Assembly (NCBI GenBank): GCA_038046365.1
Contig: JBBSWF010000063.1
Span: forward strand, 1-45,795
DNA: 45,795 nucleotides
DNA from: Nanobdellota archaeon
GTDB taxonomy: Archaea > Nanobdellota > Nanobdellia > Woesearchaeales > JAGWAF01
Reading direction: 5' to 3'
The notes beneath the pieces were generated by a model that saw only the letters and a list, made by a program, of their open reading frames with translations, ran no database searches and was not told the origin of the DNA. This document shows, piece by piece, positions 1 through 7,962 of the stretch. The position numbers and the translations under genes were made by a program. How positions within the stretch are numbered: position 1 is the first letter of the stretch; the number at the start of each line of letters is the position of its first letter.

Positions 1-48
1 TTTCTGTCCGAGAAAATATATATTCAAGAAGCTAGATCGACTTTATAG

Positions 49-1137
49 TTACAATTTTTCTCGGTTGACTCCGTTTTTTGTCGTGGTCAGACCGTCGCGA
101 AGTGCCTGATTGCAGCTACACTCCGAATCGGCGTTGTAAGCTGGGACATTGTTGCGGTTTGAGTTGGTGTCCTGACAAATCTGGGCGATGTTCACGTTGT
201 TCGTGATACGCTCGGGAAGAGAGAGGATCAGCTCCGCAGTGGTGTATAGCCAGGCGACGCCTGTGTGTTCGCCATGGGCTAGACCCCTTCTTGTGAGCTC
301 TTCTGAATCTCTAAGGTGCTCGTAAATGAATCCTTGGATGGTGTGTTTCTTCCTGTTCAAAGGTAGGATAGTATAATGATCTGGCTTTAATGAATCAAGC
401 CATTCGATTGTCGAAGAGAACAATTGCTTTGATTGGGTTTCTGTAAGGCCGGGCATGCCTATGATGACGTCAGGGTCGGATCGAAGGCCGTTTTCGCGCA
501 GCAGTTTGATGGCCCGCTCTATGTGATGGTTGGTGACGCCTTTGTTCAGCCAGTGATTTCGTATCCATTCATCTCCAACTTCAACGCCAAACTCGATGGT
601 TCCCTGGGCTTTTCTGAAATAGGTGCGGAATTCCTTTAATTTTTCGGCAGTTATCTCGGGGGCTCGTCCTTCAACGACATAGACAACCGGATCATCGCTT
701 AATATTCTGCTGTTGTATACAGCCTGTCTTGCGCGCTTTGGCATCGTGACTTCATCAAAAGTGTCAAGTGCCGTGATTAGTTCGACAGGGTTAGGATTTG
801 CGCGTTCTCCTCGCGCGTTGGTGACAGTGCGTCGCAAGGCTTGAGCATACGCATCAGGTGCCTTGGTGCGGATAGTTTCCATGATGGCTTCGCCACGCGC
901 TTGTGTTTCTGAATAGTCGCAAAACCCGCAGCCGCCGGTCTTTTGCCGATAACGGCATGGTACTGGGAGAATAGTCAAGCCTATGTTCCCGCTTTCGTAT
1001 CGGTAATATGCCGCCGTGACATCGCTCGCCTCTTGGATTAGGGTTTCTATTGGCATTGCGCCATACTTCTTGGCAAGAGATGCAAATTGACTTGATTGAT
1101 CTTTTCTCATTTCCTTCAAAAATTGAGTGATGAACAT
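49..1137 (-). CDS. Radical SAM protein, TIGR01210/RaSEA-like (Elp3/MiaB-type), atypical CX8CX2C motif
   Basis: CRYRQKTGGCGFC cluster motif. The segment ITAEKLKEF..IEFGVEVGDEWIRNHWLNKG..IERAIKLLRENG..IIGMPGLTE resembles the archaeal TIGR01210/RaSEA core. Starts 1 nt after the nitroreductase stop. Confidence 0.85.
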   Translation of the reverse strand: MFITQFLKEMRKDQSSQFASLAKKYGAMPIETLIQEASDVTAAYYRYESGNIGLTILPVPCRYRQKTGGCGFCDYSETQARGEAIMETIRTKAPDAYAQALRRTVTNARGERANPNPVELITALDTFDEVTMPKRARQAVYNSRILSDDPVVYVVEGRAPEITAEKLKEFRTYFRKAQGTIEFGVEVGDEWIRNHWLNKGVTNHHIERAIKLLRENGLRSDPDVIIGMPGLTETQSKQLFSSTIEWLDSLKPDHYTILPLNRKKHTIQGFIYEHLRDSEELTRRGLAHGEHTGVAWLYTTAELILSLPERITNNVNIAQICQDTNSNRNNVPAYNADSECSCNQALRDGLTTTKNGVNREKL

Positions 1138-1138
1138 T

Positions 1139-1786
1139 TTACTCGAACCTCACTTTTTCGTCGATGGGTTCCCTGATTTTTCGCGGCCAGCCGATCTTCA
1201 AACCGCACATGAGGTCGTACTTTTCTCTGTCGACATTAAGCCACGAATAGATCTCTGGATTGATGCCTGGGAGCAGCACATCGCCGCAAATGCAGCTTCC
1301 AAGGCCGAGGCTGTGTGCAGCCAGGCTCATGTTCTGTAAAGAACACCCTATGCTCATGATGTCTGTCAGGGAATAATTGCTGACTTGTGGGATTTCTTCA
1401 CTATTGGCAGCGTGGTAGCGTTTATCGGCTAGGACTGATTTGGTTTTTTCAAAGAACACTACGATGAAGGCTTTCGGGATCCAGGCTTCGATGTCTTCAC
1501 CACGATAGTTCTTGAGGCTGTCTCCCTCGGGTCTTGTTAGCAGCTTTGCGCTCATGACCTTGTCGATCATGGCAGGGTTGGTGATTACGACAAAATGCCA
1601 TGGTTGAAGGTTCTTGGCGCTGGGTGCAAAATGGCCTGCTTCTATTACTTTTAATAGCAAGTCCTTGGGGATCTCCTTGTTTTGATCATAGAAACGTACC
1701 GTCCGCCGTTCTTTTATGGCGGTGAGTACCTCGTTGGCTACAGGGCTAGATTCTTGAAACGCTTCTTTTGTTTCGGTTGTTGCCAT
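1139..1786 (-). CDS. Nitroreductase-family flavoprotein
   Basis: IKERRTVRFY, APSAKNLQPWHFVVI and QNMSLAAHSLGLGSC motifs; GGTGA SD upstream. Confidence 0.93.
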   Translation of the reverse strand: MATTETKEAFQESSPVANEVLTAIKERRTVRFYDQNKEIPKDLLLKVIEAGHFAPSAKNLQPWHFVVITNPAMIDKVMSAKLLTRPEGDSLKNYRGEDIEAWIPKAFIVVFFEKTKSVLADKRYHAANSEEIPQVSNYSLTDIMSIGCSLQNMSLAAHSLGLGSCICGDVLLPGINPEIYSWLNVDREKYDLMCGLKIGWPRKIREPIDEKVRFE

Positions 1787-1812
1787 GTTATTTCACCGCG
1801 TTTATTACTAAC

Positions 1813-1935
1813 TTAGTAGATTCCTCCTTGCGACTCTCCAGCTCGTATGAGGTCAGATCGTGCGTTCCCGCATGATACAAGGAATGTCTTTCCGGTCACG
1901 GCGTCTGTCGCTTCGATGGTTGTGGTTTGGTTCAT
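1813..1935 (-). CDS. 40-aa peptide MNQTTTIEATDAVTGKTFLVSCGNARSDLIRAGESQGGIY, candidate RiPP precursor (not in ORF track)
   Basis: Translated by hand. Strong GAGGTGA SD 6 nt upstream of the ATG; first gene of the peptide-nitroreductase-rSAM unit. Confidence 0.75.
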   Translation of the reverse strand: MNQTTTIEATDAVTGKTFLVSCGNARSDLIRAGESQGGIY

Positions 1936-2061
1936 TCTCAATCACCTCATTATTGATTAACTATAACTACTACCTAGTGGTATCTTAGCTTATTATATCT
2001 TTATACAAATTTACTCGATATTTTCGAAATATTTATAATAAAACTCGAGATATTAGAATAA

Positions 2062-2544
2062 ATGAAGCCCGCAAAGGAGTACCTCGACGCAAAGGACAGG
2101 CAGATCCTGCTGGAGCTTCAAAAAGACGGCCGTGAGAGCCTGACAAACATAGCCAAGAAGATCAACGTCGCAATCGACACTGTGAAAGCCCGCATCGAGC
2201 GCCTCGAGAAAGAGAAGATCATCGTTGAGATCAAGCCCTGGGTCGACCCAAGGAACCTGGGATATCCCTTGGTCGCTGACGTCAAGATAAAGCTTCACAA
2301 CAACGATGCCAAGCAGACCGATGATATGATCGCCTACCTAGTGAAGCACCCAAGGGTCATCGAGGTCATCACTATAATGGGAGATTACGATCTTACAGCG
2401 ATCATCATCGCCAAAGACACCGACGACCTAGGACGGGTGTCGCAAGAGATCAGGCACAAATTCAACCACATAATCGCGGACTGGAGCTCCTTCCTGACAC
2501 TCAAGATCCATAAATTCGAGCAGTATGATTACGCTATGCTGTGA
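2062..2544 (+). CDS. Lrp/AsnC family transcriptional regulator
   Basis: LDAKDRQILLELQKDGRESLTNIAKKI HTH and C-terminal RAM domain (IMGDYDL); divergent from the peptide operon. Confidence 0.95.
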   Translation: MKPAKEYLDAKDRQILLELQKDGRESLTNIAKKINVAIDTVKARIERLEKEKIIVEIKPWVDPRNLGYPLVADVKIKLHNNDAKQTDDMIAYLVKHPRVIEVITIMGDYDLTAIIIAKDTDDLGRVSQEIRHKFNHIIADWSSFLTLKIHKFEQYDYAML

Positions 2545-2734
2545 TCGAGGATTGCTGATTCAAGCCCAGTTTAGGCATGGGTCGTGTTCTGTTATTGCCG
2601 GATAGGCGCACAATAGGCAGGGACGGCAAAAGCGCTTACTTTTTCATATTCCAAACAAGTATAAGAATCACATTCGAAGAATCTGTGGTAATAATAAAAA
2701 ACAAATCGTTCCAATTGTTTCTTAGGTATGATCC

Positions 2735-2893
2735 TTAGAAGCGCTTGGGCTTGTGCTTCGGGAAGCACTCACGGCAGTACACTGGCCTATCGCCTGATGG
2801 CTTAAAAGGCACTTCGCACTCTTTGCCGCAGTCTGAACATGTGGCCTTGCTCATTTCGCGTGGGCCGCCGAAACTTCTGTCTTGGAATCCCAT
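2735..2893 (-). CDS. CxxC-x17-CxxC domain small Zn-binding protein, 52 aa (not in ORF track)
   Basis: MGFQDRSFGGPREMSKATCSDCGKECEVPFKPSGDRPVYCRECFPKHKPKRF; GAGGTGA SD upstream. Confidence 0.93.
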   Translation of the reverse strand: MGFQDRSFGGPREMSKATCSDCGKECEVPFKPSGDRPVYCRECFPKHKPKRF

Positions 2894-3067
2894 GGGGGAT
2901 TCACCTCGTTGTGTTTTGTTCTATTCTGGGACTTTCCTTTGTTTAGAAGGATGTCTGGAATGGATAGAATCCCCTCCTATTTATAAAGGGGATGGAATAA
3001 TGGTCTGGATTTGGAAATTATGCGATCCCCGACACCCAACTCTTACTAATCGATCGGTATAATATTG

Positions 3068-3083
3068 ACCACTGAAGAGTGGT
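3068..3083. promoter_or_regulatory. Palindromic box ACCACT-N4-AGTGGT upstream of the kinase promoter
   Basis: Perfect 6+6 palindrome; related boxes at 3904-3919, 5141-5156 and 1966-1981. Confidence 0.55.
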
Positions 3084-3125
3084 TAAAATCGATAGTCTTA
3101 ATAACAAGGTTGACATATTGAGGGG

Positions 3126-3842
3126 ATGGTGCTCCCTTTATCCGAAGAGGCTACGAAGAGACATATCCAGCTCATCCAAGAGTATTCCCGCCTTAGGGTG
3201 AACAATCCGGACCCTAAGATCGAGTTCATCAAGAATGGAGTGGCAAAGGGAGTCTATCGCGTTGGATTTGGCGACGAATCTATCCTTGCGGCCGCTGCTT
3301 CAAGGGATAGGTCGAAGCGTCTTCTTCCAGAGTATAACATCCTCAACACGCTTTATGCGGGAGCCCCGGGATTCTTCCCCCAGCCATACGCTCATTATTC
3401 ATCCGTCGACATGGAGTTGGGCGAGCTCATCATTATGGAGTGTCTCGAGCACAAGGATATAGAGACATTCAGCCAGTTCAAGAGCGCGGTCCCGGATTAC
3501 TTCCGGAAGCTGGCTTATGAGATAGGCAAGGCGGTCTCCATCGTCAATTTCCTCACAGGGAAGTATTCTTCAGAACCTCACGATGGCAATATCCTAGTGA
3601 AGCCAAGAGGGGATTCGGTCGAGGTAAAGTTCTGCGATGCTGCTCAGTTCAAGATAGGCGACATGTCGATGGCGATCGAGGCCATACTCCACGACAAAGA
3701 TATGCGTCCAGAATGCTTCAGATTTATTCCCCATTTCAGGAGGGGCATTCTGGAGGGCATGTGCGAGTCCTCCGCCTTGCTTCAGTCAGATATCCAGCCT
3801 GGCCTTGATAGGGAGCTGTGCAAGTATAACCCGATATTCTGA
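3126..3842 (+). CDS. Atypical protein-kinase-like (APH/RIO-like fold) phosphotransferase
   Basis: NGVAKGVYRV loop, EYNIL helix, LIIMECL hinge, EPHDGNILV catalytic loop, FCD metal-binding Asp. Confidence 0.65.
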   Translation: MVLPLSEEATKRHIQLIQEYSRLRVNNPDPKIEFIKNGVAKGVYRVGFGDESILAAAASRDRSKRLLPEYNILNTLYAGAPGFFPQPYAHYSSVDMELGELIIMECLEHKDIETFSQFKSAVPDYFRKLAYEIGKAVSIVNFLTGKYSSEPHDGNILVKPRGDSVEVKFCDAAQFKIGDMSMAIEAILHDKDMRPECFRFIPHFRRGILEGMCESSALLQSDIQPGLDRELCKYNPIF

Positions 3843-3898
3843 CGCATGCCTGTTGACCATCTATTGAGAGTATTATAGATAAAGAGCGAACACACCAA

Positions 3899-3942
3899 TT
3901 ATAGTCATTAATTAGTAGTAACAAATCAAAAGGATTATATAT
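3899..3942 (+). promoter_or_regulatory. Palindromic box plus BRE/TATA, near-duplicate of 5136-5179
   Basis: ttatagtcattaattagtagtaacaaatcaaaaggattatatat versus ttatagtcactcattagtggtaacaaatcgaaaagtttatatat; TATA about 25-30 nt before ATG 3966. Confidence 0.65.
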
Positions 3943-3965
3943 CTGGGAATGATATAGGTATCTCT

Positions 3966-4988
3966 ATGACTCTCGTTGATCTCGTCAAAAAAGAGGGCGG
4001 CCATGGCGCCCATTGTCTCTGTTGTGGTGATCCGCTCTCGTCAGATGTTCATGTCTGTCCGGATTGTGGCGCCCCATCCCATGGAGACTGTTGGGATTAC
4101 ATCGGTGGTTGTGGCGTGATGGGTTGTTCAGCTCGTGGCGCTAAGCTCGACGAGAAGGTCCGGGGGCGGGATGGCGAATTGGCAGTCATTGGTGATGTCT
4201 CTCTTCCTGCGGTGCCTAAGCCGGATCCTGCCAGGAATTACGATGGGTTCTTGGCTAGATTGAGGTCTTGGTTTTCCAGAGGGGGTAAGGATGCCTGGAT
4301 TGATTCGTATCTGGATGAGGTTCGATCTTCTTTAAAGGGCGTTCGTTTCGTTGAGCTTTCCGATTATGTTGATCCTCGTAAGGCTGTTGAGTTTTGTGAG
4401 AAGAACGGTGCGGTTTTGGCAAGTGCGCAGGAGTGCGCATTTTTCTCTATAGTAAATGACTTGAAGGATCATAAACTTAGAATGTATACTAGCACTTTTT
4501 CCTTCGGATTTAAAGAGGGTGGTGATTCGGTTGTTGCTTATGCTGAGGTTCCGCATAAGGACTGGCTGTACCTAATAGGTAAGATGCCTGGTTTGTTGAG
4601 TAGGGAAGATCCTGTTGTTTCATCAGCTATTGCTCGAGCGGTTGATGAGGGTCGTGTTGTTTCTGCAAAAAATGGTTGGAGAAGTGAGTGTTCTTGTGTT
4701 CCAAATGATGATCGATCTTCTGATTTTGATCAGGACGTTCATAATCGCGCGATTTTCCAGCGTGCTGCCAATCCATGGGGATTGCTGAGGTACCGCAAGG
4801 GATTGAATGCCATTGAGTATCTCATCCCATCTGGGGAGATCAAGGTTTTGTCGAATCGGCAGGTTATGTTCCTGCCTTCTGGCCTTGGCGACGTCGACTA
4901 CTACGACGACGTCGACGACGTCGGTGCCGTCGGCTTCGACGACGACGGCTGGGCCCGTGCGGGTAGCGTCGTCGCAAAAATTTCATGA
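3966..4988 (+). CDS. Prokaryotic RING finger (Prok-RING_1-like) protein with C-terminal DGR-type variable region
   Basis: N-terminal CLCC..VCPDCGAPSHGDCWDYIGGCGVMGC. C-terminal GLGDVDYYDDVDDVGAVGFDDDGWARA is encoded almost entirely by NNC codons. Confidence 0.75.
   Translation: MTLVDLVKKEGGHGAHCLCCGDPLSSDVHVCPDCGAPSHGDCWDYIGGCGVMGCSARGAKLDEKVRGRDGELAVIGDVSLPAVPKPDPARNYDGFLARLRSWFSRGGKDAWIDSYLDEVRSSLKGVRFVELSDYVDPRKAVEFCEKNGAVLASAQECAFFSIVNDLKDHKLRMYTSTFSFGFKEGGDSVVAYAEVPHKDWLYLIGKMPGLLSREDPVVSSAIARAVDEGRVVSAKNGWRSECSCVPNDDRSSDFDQDVHNRAIFQRAANPWGLLRYRKGLNAIEYLIPSGEIKVLSNRQVMFLPSGLGDVDYYDDVDDVGAVGFDDDGWARAGSVVAKIS
4881..4988 (+). other. Putative DGR variable region (VR); no TR or RT in the window
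   Basis: Eleven consecutive NNC codons at 4890-4922 (GAC GTC GAC TAC TAC GAC GAC GTC GAC GAC GTC), then GTC GGC TTC GAC GAC GAC GGC. Abrupt change from the T-rich codon usage upstream. Confidence 0.7.
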
Positions 4989-4989
4989 T

Positions 4990-5127
4990 CCGATAGGGGC
5001 GGACACAAATAATAGGTAGCCTCAGATATCGATAACTGCGCATAGGCGGGCTATAACCTGCGCAGTAGTCTATACGGCAAACCCACTATTCACCGCCTAT
5101 TAGGTAGGTGGCGGTTGTCCCCATCGG
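4990..5127. repeat. Structured intergenic element with nested inverted repeats; shares blocks with 41574-41601 and 44697-44712
   Basis: Outer CCGAT(A)GGGG/CCCCATCGG; inner ACTGCGCA/TGCGCAGT and ACCGCC/GGCGGT stems; GGCGGACACAAATAAT at 4998-5013. Confidence 0.6.
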
Positions 5128-5135
5128 CCCTTATT

Positions 5136-5179
5136 TTATAGTCACTCATTAGTGGTAACAAATCGAAAAGTTTATATAT
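5136..5179 (+). promoter_or_regulatory. Palindromic box GTCACT-N4-AGTGGT plus BRE/TATA (TTTATATA 5171-5178)
   Basis: Near-duplicate of 3899-3942. Confidence 0.65.
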
Positions 5180-5257
5180 TCAATCGTCTGATAGGATTAG
5201 TATTCTGGACCTTCTATCTGATACATTCATCCAAAGGTCCGGACTGGAGAAACGACC

Positions 5258-6211
5258 ATGGAACAAAACGTCAGGCAGGTTTGGTGGGGCCTTGCGGCCA
5301 TCGCTGCTGTCATAGCGGTCCTGTTGGTTGCGCCCATCCTTTCGCCTTCGCAGGCAGTCAGTATCGATTCAATATCTATGCCTGAGGCAGTCGTGCTTCA
5401 AGCAGTCACATTGGAGTCTACAGTCGACACGCAGGTCGCGTCAAGTGTCGCGGCCGATGTGTTTCCAAAAACGCCTCAGAAAGTAGTGTACGAGATCCCG
5501 GCATCAGTCCCGGCTCAGACCAAGACTCTGGACATCGAAGCCCTGATCGGAGCCTTTCCGTATGGTAAGGGAGAGAGTCCCCCCGTATTCCCTCACTGGC
5601 AGATAAGCTATGAGCGGAAGTCTATCGAGCTTTATGGTAACAAGAAGTTCGTATCAGCTGCTGTCTTCGATCTCGCGAAGTATGTTGGTGATATCGACAG
5701 AAAGACAAAGAAGCAGGACATCACAAAGCTTGGCCTTATCAAGGGGTTTGTTTATCCTCAGAACCAGGTCATTGACTGGCTCAACAAGGATTACAAAAGC
5801 CTTGACAAGGATGAGAAGAGAATGGCTGATGAGCTCATCGCGCTCAAGGTCGTCCAGAAGGACGGGGACTACTTCAAGTGGAACAAGCAGTTTGACGGCT
5901 GGCCGATCAATGCCTACTCGTCTGCTGGTGTGTTCCGCCATGAGCGTGTCCACGTCGTATGGCTAACCAACCAGGACTTCGCCGATTACTTCATGGAGGA
6001 TTGGAAGGTCGACACAAGTGGCATGTCAAAGGACAAGAAGGTCGATTATATCGTCAACTCTTTCAAGGGAGTAATTGGCAACCCTCCGCCTTCAAGGCAG
6101 TGGTGGACCGCAGTCTACGACCAGGTCGGTGAGGAGAACCTAGTCAACGAGTTCACTGCTCACAGCATCGAGAAGATCGATAGCTGGAGAGGCAAGACGA
6201 TAGCGCTTTGA
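5258..6211 (+). CDS. Membrane-anchored or secreted putative zinc metallopeptidase (gluzincin-like)
   Basis: N-terminal hydrophobic helix; HERVH (HExxH) and downstream NEFTA as candidate third ligand. Confidence 0.55.
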   Translation: MEQNVRQVWWGLAAIAAVIAVLLVAPILSPSQAVSIDSISMPEAVVLQAVTLESTVDTQVASSVAADVFPKTPQKVVYEIPASVPAQTKTLDIEALIGAFPYGKGESPPVFPHWQISYERKSIELYGNKKFVSAAVFDLAKYVGDIDRKTKKQDITKLGLIKGFVYPQNQVIDWLNKDYKSLDKDEKRMADELIALKVVQKDGDYFKWNKQFDGWPINAYSSAGVFRHERVHVVWLTNQDFADYFMEDWKVDTSGMSKDKKVDYIVNSFKGVIGNPPPSRQWWTAVYDQVGEENLVNEFTAHSIEKIDSWRGKTIAL

Positions 6212-6219
6212 GGTGGATG

Positions 6220-7041
6220 ATGTCGAACGGCTTGATCAGTGATGAGGACCAGAGAAGCAGCCAGTCGCATGAGGGGCCATCCTCCCCTCCAGGGGCCAAC
6301 CGCATCTCCAGGGGCCTTATCGCAGGCCTTGGTGGCCTTGCTCTGGTCATCGCTGTCGAGTCGGATTTTCTTGATTCCAAGAGAGACCATATACATCGCC
6401 CGATGGAGACCGCGAGTCATGTCGAAGGAATAAGCCATAGCACGGGAAGTATCGACAGTGTTCTATCAGACAAGCGCAATGCAGTGCAGACTTTCAAAGC
6501 TTGGGGAAGGGAGACAGCGCATGCGCTCAACGCGTCTACCAAAGAATCGATGGTCTACCAGGTCCCTGCTGAAGTATTATCCGGATTCAAGGCTAAGGCC
6601 CGGAAGTTTCCTTTGATATACTTTAGCGACCTGATCTCCAGGGGAAAAGGTCTTGAGAGGAAGATCCGCAGGGCCGCCACACCTCAAGATAGAGCCTTGA
6701 TTGATCAGGCAAGGAAGAAATATCCAGGGATTGCTTACGCGCTTGCGTATCTGGCCGGGGTCTCTGAAGGGCCTTCGGTCGGGTGGTATTTGGTCGGTCT
6801 GCCGTCGCGATTGAAGGACGCTGGACTGGTGTTCTATATAGGACATTCTCCTAAGGCAGGTAAGATTGTTTTGGCGCTCGATGCGTCATATAAGACTGCC
6901 GGAAAACCGGTCGCTAAAGCCTCTGATGCTGTGGCAGTTTTCGACGACGGCCCTGCAGAGAGGTACTTCACATCGGTTGTCCTTTCCACTATCTGTAAGG
7001 AGATCTCGCAGAGATATAAAAATAATCCATATGTGAGGTGA
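6220..7041 (+). CDS. Hypothetical single-TM protein
   Basis: Long ORF with GAGGTG SD before ATG 6217/6220; TM RGLIAGLGGLALVIAVES is shared with the next gene. Confidence 0.65.
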   Translation: MSNGLISDEDQRSSQSHEGPSSPPGANRISRGLIAGLGGLALVIAVESDFLDSKRDHIHRPMETASHVEGISHSTGSIDSVLSDKRNAVQTFKAWGRETAHALNASTKESMVYQVPAEVLSGFKAKARKFPLIYFSDLISRGKGLERKIRRAATPQDRALIDQARKKYPGIAYALAYLAGVSEGPSVGWYLVGLPSRLKDAGLVFYIGHSPKAGKIVLALDASYKTAGKPVAKASDAVAVFDDGPAERYFTSVVLSTICKEISQRYKNNPYVR

Positions 7042-7313
7042 ACATTATGTACTACACTAAGAACAATGCGTATCAGCGGCCTTACCTCTCTCGCCAAGGC
7101 GCTTCATCTGAGCCTTGCGGTTACGGCAAGATCAAGAGAGGTCTCATTGCAGGCGTCGGGGGTATTGCCCTCATTCTTGCAGTTGAGTCTGGCGCGCTTA
7201 AGTTCAGGAGTGAACAGGCCGAGACCACTGCCGTAGGCATAGGAGTCGTAGCCATCCTTGGTTGTGGCATCGGGATTGTAGCTGGCGGACTTGAAAGGGT
7301 CATGAAGGAGTAG
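7038..7313 (+). CDS. Small two-TM glycine-rich membrane protein
   Basis: RGLIAGVGGIALILAVES and VGIGVVAILGCGIGIVAGG; GTGA overlap with the upstream stop (alternative start 7047). Confidence 0.6.
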   Translation: MNIMYYTKNNAYQRPYLSRQGASSEPCGYGKIKRGLIAGVGGIALILAVESGALKFRSEQAETTAVGIGVVAILGCGIGIVAGGLERVMKE

Positions 7314-7317
7314 GATC

Positions 7318-7956
7318 ATGATAGGAGACGCTCGATTGTTTGATTCAAGGCGAGGCAGGCTCTCTTTCAGGGAGCTGATGGTTCTTGATGAGCATCCTGT
7401 TACTGGGTATTATGGCGCGCTTGTCGGTCAGAAGAAGGAGATTGCAAGCCATGGCATTGAGCCTCCGTTCTTTGCCCAGTACAGGAAGCTCCGCGAGAGG
7501 TTTGGTTCTGAAGGGGAATTCAAGAAGGCTTTTCCGGGTATGTCTATGGAGAAGAAGGCTTATGAGGTAGCCTCTAACTTTTTTCCTCTGTACAAGTATT
7601 CGGGTCTTGAGCGTGATCCTGCTTATTTGAACGAGTTGAATTTCTTGGTGTTTGGGGTTCCGATCTCTTTGGATCTTGACTGCGCCGCAAGGCACGCTTG
7701 CGCTGCTGAGGGTATGGGTGGCATGGTAATCGCAGTAGAGGTGGATAAGCCATATAGCCGCATCGAGTCTGTCAGGTCCGGGTGTGATGACACTGTCCTG
7801 TTGGTGCAGGGTGTCATCGGTCTTGAGGGCAAGCTTCGGGGTGTATACTATTCTGAAGGTGCTAAGAAGTACAAGGATGAGCTTGATGCTGCTTTCAGTC
7901 GTTTCAATACCGACATCTCCCCTCTCTCTGAAGTGTCTCCAAGACAGGGGGTGTGA
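7318..7956 (+). CDS. Degenerate ADP-ribosyltransferase-like protein, paralog of the next gene
   Basis: YYGA / ISLDLDCAARHA / GGMVIAVEV / LRGVYYSEGA align by eye with YHGT / VSAELGTARVYA / GGIVLGVRV / LEEVYWSRGA. Confidence 0.45.
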   Translation: MIGDARLFDSRRGRLSFRELMVLDEHPVTGYYGALVGQKKEIASHGIEPPFFAQYRKLRERFGSEGEFKKAFPGMSMEKKAYEVASNFFPLYKYSGLERDPAYLNELNFLVFGVPISLDLDCAARHACAAEGMGGMVIAVEVDKPYSRIESVRSGCDDTVLLVQGVIGLEGKLRGVYYSEGAKKYKDELDAAFSRFNTDISPLSEVSPRQGV

Positions 7957-7962
7957 TATATC

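Noticed and set aside
1-48. CGGACAGAAA on the minus strand at the window edge as another GGACAC element truncating the rSAM gene
   Set aside because: Only a 9/10 match and cut by the window boundary; cannot be supported.
49-1935. Canonical mycofactocin (mftABC) or archaeosine (RaSEA) assignment
   Set aside because: No MftB/RRE, no SPASM domain and no IDGMCGVY motif; no ArcS/TgtA nearby. Only resemblance is claimed.
2745-3062. 105-aa plus-strand ORF
   Set aside because: Antisense shadow of the CxxC-x17-CxxC gene at 2735-2893.
4890-4949. GAC-rich run as a simple microsatellite or CRISPR
   Set aside because: Only third-position C is fixed while positions 1-2 vary, and there is no repeat-spacer periodicity; a DGR VR explains it better.
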